Notes under the pieces: generated by a model
The model's input: only the letters and a program-made list of their open reading frames with translations
Told to the model about the DNA's origin: nothing
Databases searched by the model: none
Program-made: the position numbers and the translations under genes
Shown here: positions 59,638-64,000 of the stretch, one piece after another
Numbering within the stretch: position 1 is the first letter of the stretch
How the letters are laid out: the number at the start of each line of letters is the position of its first letter
IMG/VR virus record: IMGVR_UViG_2868227546_000002
Coordinates: 2,976-66,975 of that record
From: a virus
Lineage: Duplodnaviria > Caudoviricetes
Length of the DNA stretch: 64,000 nt
Direction: 5' to 3' (one strand)

Positions 59638-59997
59638 ATGCATTATATATTCGATAGCACAGGCTCTTGCGTTATCACCTCTCAATCACCAATCGAACCA
59701 ATCGAGGGATACACTCACGTGGAAAGCACAGAAGTATATAACCCATGGGAAATACGGCTAGTGGATGGTGCAATCGTCAAGCAAGAGCCAAAAGAAGAGC
59801 CGCCAAATACTCATACAGAAGAATCTACAGATAAGCAAGATGAACCCGCAGAAGTAATTACACCTACGGTAGAGGAACTTGCGAAAAGTGTAGCTGGTCT
59901 GTATGGTATATTGGCAGAAATAGCGCCTAAAGAGGAGTCCGAAGAAGATACAGCGGATGAATCTACAGGTAAAGAAACAAAAGAAAGCGAGGGTTAA
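59638..59997 (+). CDS. tail fibre-associated protein
   Basis: Position after J; acidic. Confidence 0.55.
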   Translation: MHYIFDSTGSCVITSQSPIEPIEGYTHVESTEVYNPWEIRLVDGAIVKQEPKEEPPNTHTEESTDKQDEPAEVITPTVEELAKSVAGLYGILAEIAPKEESEEDTADESTGKETKESEG

Positions 59998-60046
59998 TAT
60001 GAGTAAAATTCACGCAGTTTATGATTATGTAAAAGGAGTTTACAAG

Positions 60047-60223
60047 ATGAAAGTACAAGAGTTTATGATTCCAATCTATGGATACTTAGTATCTACAGGT
60101 GCTTATGCACTCACAAAGGCAGACCGTAAAGAGAGTCAAAAAGTAATTCCAAAGGCTTATATCGAAGCTGTAGCAACATGGATAGCTAAAAAGATGGAAG
60201 AGCGTCATAAAGAGGATGACTAA
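60047..60223 (+). CDS. small XkdX/CD1375-like protein
   Basis: SD AAAAGGAG; Y..LV..G......VIP..Y...V. Confidence 0.55.
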   Translation: MKVQEFMIPIYGYLVSTGAYALTKADRKESQKVIPKAYIEAVATWIAKKMEERHKEDD

Positions 60224-60283
60224 AGCAAGTATATAGTTTTTAGGGTGTATAAAAACTTTTTAGAAAAATTTTAAACAAAAGTG

Positions 60284-60312
60284 TTGACTTTAAAGAAATA
60301 ACATGCTAATAT
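60284..60312 (+). promoter_or_regulatory. sigma70 promoter of an inserted mini-unit
   Basis: TTGACT-17-TAATAT with A/T-tract upstream. Confidence 0.7.
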
Positions 60313-60389
60313 GTAACCATAAGGAACAAACCTTAGAAATTAAATCTTGAGATGTCATCCAAAGTGGAAAGACAGAAAGGAGAATCAGC

Positions 60390-60446
60390 ATGAATCTTAA
60401 ATATTGGAAATATCGTAGTGGTTTTATAATACATACCAATCTTTAG
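60390..60446 (+). CDS. 18-aa peptide MNLKYWKYRSGFIIHTNL
   Basis: Strong SD AAAGGAG at correct spacing; not in ORF track. Confidence 0.45.
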   Translation: MNLKYWKYRSGFIIHTNL

Positions 60447-60469
60447 AAATAATCAGAAAGAGAGGTAAC

Positions 60470-60625
60470 ATGAAGCGAACAATCCATACGTCAACAAAAC
60501 TTGACGAATATATCGAACAGATGAAGCAACAGGGCAAATCACCCTCTACCGTAGTCAATGAACTGTTCGATGAGTACGTCAAAATGAAAAACAAAGAAAT
60601 AATAGCTAGGAGTGGTAATCAGTAG
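60470..60625 (+). CDS. 51-aa RHH (CopG/Arc-like) protein
   Basis: SD GAGAGG; MKRTIHTSTKLDEYIEQMKQQGKSPSTVVNELFDEYV; terminator GAGTGGTAATC/GATTATCACTC-TTTT overlaps the stop. Confidence 0.65.
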   Translation: MKRTIHTSTKLDEYIEQMKQQGKSPSTVVNELFDEYVKMKNKEIIARSGNQ

Positions 60626-60663
60626 ATTATCACTCTTTTTGTTATGCGTTAAAGGGGGATACA

Positions 60664-60957
60664 GTGGAATTACTAACAATGGTATCGCTCGTAGTAACAG
60701 TAGTTGCAGCAGTAGGCGGCATGATTATTACAGCTTTTAAAGTTGCAATCATTTCCCCTTTATCTAAGGAGATTAGTCAAGCGACAAAGGCGAACGAGAA
60801 TACTAACAAACTAATCGAAAACATCTCAAATGAACTCACAAAGATTAGGGAACATCAAACAGTGCAAGAACTAAAGATTGCAACACTTGAAACTCACATC
60901 GAGTATCTCAGAAACAAGGGGGCAGATAGAATGTTGGGAACAACAGGGGGTCTTTAG
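60664..60957 (+). CDS. N-terminal TM plus coiled-coil protein (XhlA/holin-like)
   Basis: One TM then heptads. Confidence 0.55.
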   Translation: MELLTMVSLVVTVVAAVGGMIITAFKVAIISPLSKEISQATKANENTNKLIENISNELTKIREHQTVQELKIATLETHIEYLRNKGADRMLGTTGGL

Positions 60958-60958
60958 A

Positions 60959-61495
60959 ATGAATCGTATAGTAAAAATCAAAGATGATATGACACCTATC
61001 AGACATGACTTTAGGATTTATAAAGGTGAAGATTCAGTCATGAAGATACGCGTACCAGTAGAATATACTTTAGGCGACAATCTAAAAGCATATCTTAGAC
61101 GGAATGAACGCAGTGATAAGGTGCTTGCGAAAATGACATTAGCACCACGCAAGGAAGTAGAATCTATCGTTTTAAATTCATACAAAGATAGAAAGCTAAG
61201 TGAGGATAATCCGAATGAAGTAGTCGAAGTAGATATAGTCAATTCAATAGATGTGCAAGTGGTCGATATGATACTGACCGCAGAAGATTCTAACAAGCTA
61301 GTCACTAATATGTATCAAAAGTCATTTCACTATGATGTATTTAGTGGATGTGACTGCATTGCATATGGGGAGATAGATGTTATCGGAGCAGTATCTAACC
61401 GTGAGGAGTATAACGATTTAGATAACGTTGCTGATACATCAAACAGAGAGTTTACAGATTTTTTAGTACTTTATAAATTGGAGAGAGGTAACTAA
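60959..61495 (+). CDS. baseplate/fibre-associated protein (BppU N-terminal-like)
   Basis: DFRIYKGED, YHYDV-type strand; synteny. Confidence 0.4.
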   Translation: MNRIVKIKDDMTPIRHDFRIYKGEDSVMKIRVPVEYTLGDNLKAYLRRNERSDKVLAKMTLAPRKEVESIVLNSYKDRKLSEDNPNEVVEVDIVNSIDVQVVDMILTAEDSNKLVTNMYQKSFHYDVFSGCDCIAYGEIDVIGAVSNREEYNDLDNVADTSNREFTDFLVLYKLERGN

Positions 61496-61497
61496 TT

Positions 61498-61950
61498 ATG
61501 ACACTAGTAGAGAGAATTACAGAAGTAGTAAAAGCAATCGGAGCAGATATTAAATCTTTAAAAGGACGTGTGTTAACACTTGAAAATAAACCAGCAAGTA
61601 CAGGCGGAGTAGATGAATCTCAAATACAATCCAAAGTAAATGCTAAGGTGGAAGAATCTATCAATACACTCAAAGGTGAACTTGCGACACTAGTCACTCC
61701 GACTATTACAGCAGAAATTAATAAAGTGGTTGACGGTGCGCCAGAGACATTCAATACGCTAAAAGAAATTGCAGATTATATCGAGCAAGATAAAACTGGT
61801 GCAAGTGCAATGACTACATCTATTAATAATCGATTACGTTTTGATGAACAGCAGTCTCTAACAGAAGCGCAACAAACAAACGTACTTAACTCTTTGGGAT
61901 TAACAGATACAGATTTAGTGGCAGCATACACAACAGCAGTAAACGGTTAG
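61498..61950 (+). CDS. fibre/collar protein
   Basis: AIGADIK start; DGAPETFNTLKEIADYI motif. Confidence 0.65.
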   Translation: MTLVERITEVVKAIGADIKSLKGRVLTLENKPASTGGVDESQIQSKVNAKVEESINTLKGELATLVTPTITAEINKVVDGAPETFNTLKEIADYIEQDKTGASAMTTSINNRLRFDEQQSLTEAQQTNVLNSLGLTDTDLVAAYTTAVNG

Positions 61951-61959
61951 GAGGTTGTT

Positions 61960-62607
61960 ATGACTTTGATTCAAAGAATAATTGAACTAGCCAAAGCAAT
62001 CGGAAATGATATTAAGACCCTAAAATCTAGGGTCTTAACTCTTGAAACAAAGCAGAATGGAACGCAAGGACAAACAACGGAAAAGAAGTATGTATATCGA
62101 ACACCAAAAGGGGCATCATGGCTGAATGGTAACAGCTACATCCAGTTGACACGCATTGGCAATTTAGTGGTTGCTGGGGCAGACGGAGATAGTTATGCTA
62201 CTATCTCAATTACTCCACCTACAGACTCCAATTTTAATAAGTTGCCAAAACGTGAATCTACTGTTGATGGTAAAGGCGGAACATGGCTACAAATACAAAA
62301 GCCAAATAACAGTGGTGGTTTTCAAAGCAACTTCATTATCCCAGAGGGATTCGCTCCTGTTAAGTCAACATATGGAATGATAGTAAACGACAATGGTATA
62401 CCAGTAGCAACTGTCATGTTCGGTGACAAGGCGAATCAACGCTTGATACGTATTCATTTTGATGGGATGGGTAGTGAGGCAAGAGGAAAGTTCCCTACTA
62501 GATTATTGCGATTAGGTACCTGCTCGTGGATAACAGAAGATGACCAGCCAACAAAAGAGTTCAACAACAACGATGGAATACTACAGATTCAAACCGTTAA
62601 TAAATAA
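61960..62607 (+). CDS. fibre protein with the same N-terminal anchor as 61498 and a beta-rich head
   Basis: AIGNDIK; LTRIGNLV...IPEGFAP. Confidence 0.65.
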   Translation: MTLIQRIIELAKAIGNDIKTLKSRVLTLETKQNGTQGQTTEKKYVYRTPKGASWLNGNSYIQLTRIGNLVVAGADGDSYATISITPPTDSNFNKLPKRESTVDGKGGTWLQIQKPNNSGGFQSNFIIPEGFAPVKSTYGMIVNDNGIPVATVMFGDKANQRLIRIHFDGMGSEARGKFPTRLLRLGTCSWITEDDQPTKEFNNNDGILQIQTVNK

Positions 62608-62657
62608 CATAACGATACCAATCGACAGAAAGGAGAGCGGTCAGTATAAATACAATA

Positions 62658-63005
62658 GTGAATCAACTCAAAGATTATTACAAGCGACTGAAAGAAGCAC
62701 ACGTTTCTATACAGTCGCTTGTATTCGTTAAGATAGTTATACTTATCAGCTTTCTACCTATTGGAATTTATCTATCAGCATGGCTATACACCGTATATGC
62801 AATGCATGTGGGAATTAACGTCACGTTTCTAATCTCACTGTTAAGCGAACTAAGGCAATTTGTATCCGTGATATTTTCTACACAGACAGTCACAGGAATA
62901 CTTGCCTATGGTGTAGCCTTAATAGATAAAGACCATGATGGAGAATCAGATGAATTAAAAAACAGAGTAGATACTAAATCTAGCGAACAGTTTATAGGAC
63001 GGTGA
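62658..63005 (+). CDS. holin-like membrane protein
   Basis: 2-3 TM segments immediately before the endolysin. Confidence 0.6.
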   Translation: MNQLKDYYKRLKEAHVSIQSLVFVKIVILISFLPIGIYLSAWLYTVYAMHVGINVTFLISLLSELRQFVSVIFSTQTVTGILAYGVALIDKDHDGESDELKNRVDTKSSEQFIGR

Positions 63006-63009
63006 TATA

Positions 63010-63555
63010 TTGAGAGAGATAACTTTACAAGAATTACAAACACTAGCAATTAACGCTAGAGGACAAATCAGCAAGATTTATATTCATTGGACAGCAGGTC
63101 ACTATGGACAGGCTTTTGATGACTATCATATCAACATTGATAAAGACGGCAAGATGTACACTGATATGGACAGTCTAACAGATTACAAGCCACATACATG
63201 GCGAAGAAATACAGGTGCAGTTGGAATCTCTTTGATGTGTGCATACGGTGCAACAAGCATAAACAATCTAGGAGATGAACCGCCAACGGAAACACAATTA
63301 GATAAAGTCGCAGAAGTGATAGCCGTATTGTGTGTAGACATTGGATTACTTTGCGACATTTACCACGTGTTGACACATGCAGAGGCAGCAGAAAACATGG
63401 ATGGGTGGTTTGCACATGAACCATACGGATACTATCATAATTGTGAACGTTGGGATTTACTAGTAGTTAGAGCTGGAGATTCTCCGTTTAGTGGTGGAGA
63501 ATGGATACGTAATAAAGCAAAAGAATATGCCTTATCGTGGGGAAGTACGATTTAA
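63010..63555 (+). CDS. endolysin, N-acetylmuramoyl-L-alanine amidase (Amidase_2)
   Basis: IYIHWTAG, YHINID.DG, HTWRRNTGAVGI, THAE. Confidence 0.9.
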   Translation: MREITLQELQTLAINARGQISKIYIHWTAGHYGQAFDDYHINIDKDGKMYTDMDSLTDYKPHTWRRNTGAVGISLMCAYGATSINNLGDEPPTETQLDKVAEVIAVLCVDIGLLCDIYHVLTHAEAAENMDGWFAHEPYGYYHNCERWDLLVVRAGDSPFSGGEWIRNKAKEYALSWGSTI

Positions 63556-63577
63556 AAGGCGAACAGCAGAGGATTAT

Positions 63578-64000
63578 ATGAATGAACATATTAGATACAT
63601 CAAAGAACAGATTACAACACATAAGATTTCTTTTATCGTTTTCACTATTAGCTTTCTTGCCTTGTTTGTCGCAGTCGGTTTACTCTTCTACAGTGTATCA
63701 GATAACAGAGAGTCAATTGACGGCACTAGACATGAACTTACAGACGCTAGAAACGAATATCGACAGGCTATCGGTGATGTACAACGAATCGAAAACAGAC
63801 TTAAAGATAGTGAAGCTAGAAGCCGAGAAATCGAGGTTAGAAGCCTTGAGATTGAAAAACATAGCCGAGAAATTATCCAGCGACTTGAGTCAGTCGAGGA
63901 GCGAAACAGAGAGGTTGAACGCCTCCTTAAAGAAAGCCGACAGCTTGCTACAGAAAGCCGAGGAATCATTAAAGAGGTTAGAGAAACAACTGGCAAATAA
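63578..64000 (+). CDS. inner-membrane spanin-like protein
   Basis: Single N-terminal TM plus long coiled coil after the endolysin. Confidence 0.55.
   Translation: MNEHIRYIKEQITTHKISFIVFTISFLALFVAVGLLFYSVSDNRESIDGTRHELTDARNEYRQAIGDVQRIENRLKDSEARSREIEVRSLEIEKHSREIIQRLESVEERNREVERLLKESRQLATESRGIIKEVRETTGK

Noticed and set aside
55180-62607. Diversity-generating retroelement acting on the fibre genes
   Set aside because: No reverse transcriptase in the window and no template/variable repeat pair noticed.
427-63996. Numerous minus-strand and off-frame ORFs inside identified genes
   Set aside because: Shadow ORFs without SD or motifs, fully overlapping well-supported genes.

Overview
AT-rich (roughly one third GC by eye), densely coding 64 kb segment of a tailed dsDNA phage with siphovirus morphology and a lambda-like tail tip. 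It has no bacterial housekeeping genes. The host is probably a diderm Firmicute (Negativicutes, Veillonella-like); this is inferred from Firmicutes-type genes plus a spanin-like lysis gene. Layout: (1) 1-12 kb replication/recombination: start of a DnaE-type polymerase running off the left edge on the minus strand, T7-type SSB, primase, DnaB-like helicase, Cas4-like nuclease, dNMP kinase, RusA and a frameshifted C5 methyltransferase. (2) 12-30 kb accessory genes: tandem paralogue arrays, 3D-domain protein, ThyX, sigma-like regulator, phosphoesterase, dUTPase, Dam-like MTase, XRE and RHH-like regulators. (3) 28-36 kb modular early region of short units with near-consensus sigma70 promoters and a shared structured leader (ArdA-like acidic proteins, RadC). 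(4) 36-39 kb repeat-rich non-coding region plus a small tyrosine recombinase. (5) 39-64 kb packaging, head, tail and lysis genes. Most notable: a ~245-nt RNA with tRNA/tmRNA-like acceptor and T arms placed between a promoter and a DUF2828/TROVE(Ro60)-like vWA gene; a primase whose last Toprim motif sits at the start of the helicase ORF; a boxA-like GTTATTTAT leader motif repeated 10 times; a poly-G frameshifted multi-TRD methyltransferase. All assignments come from motif recognition by eye; no database searches or folding programs were run.
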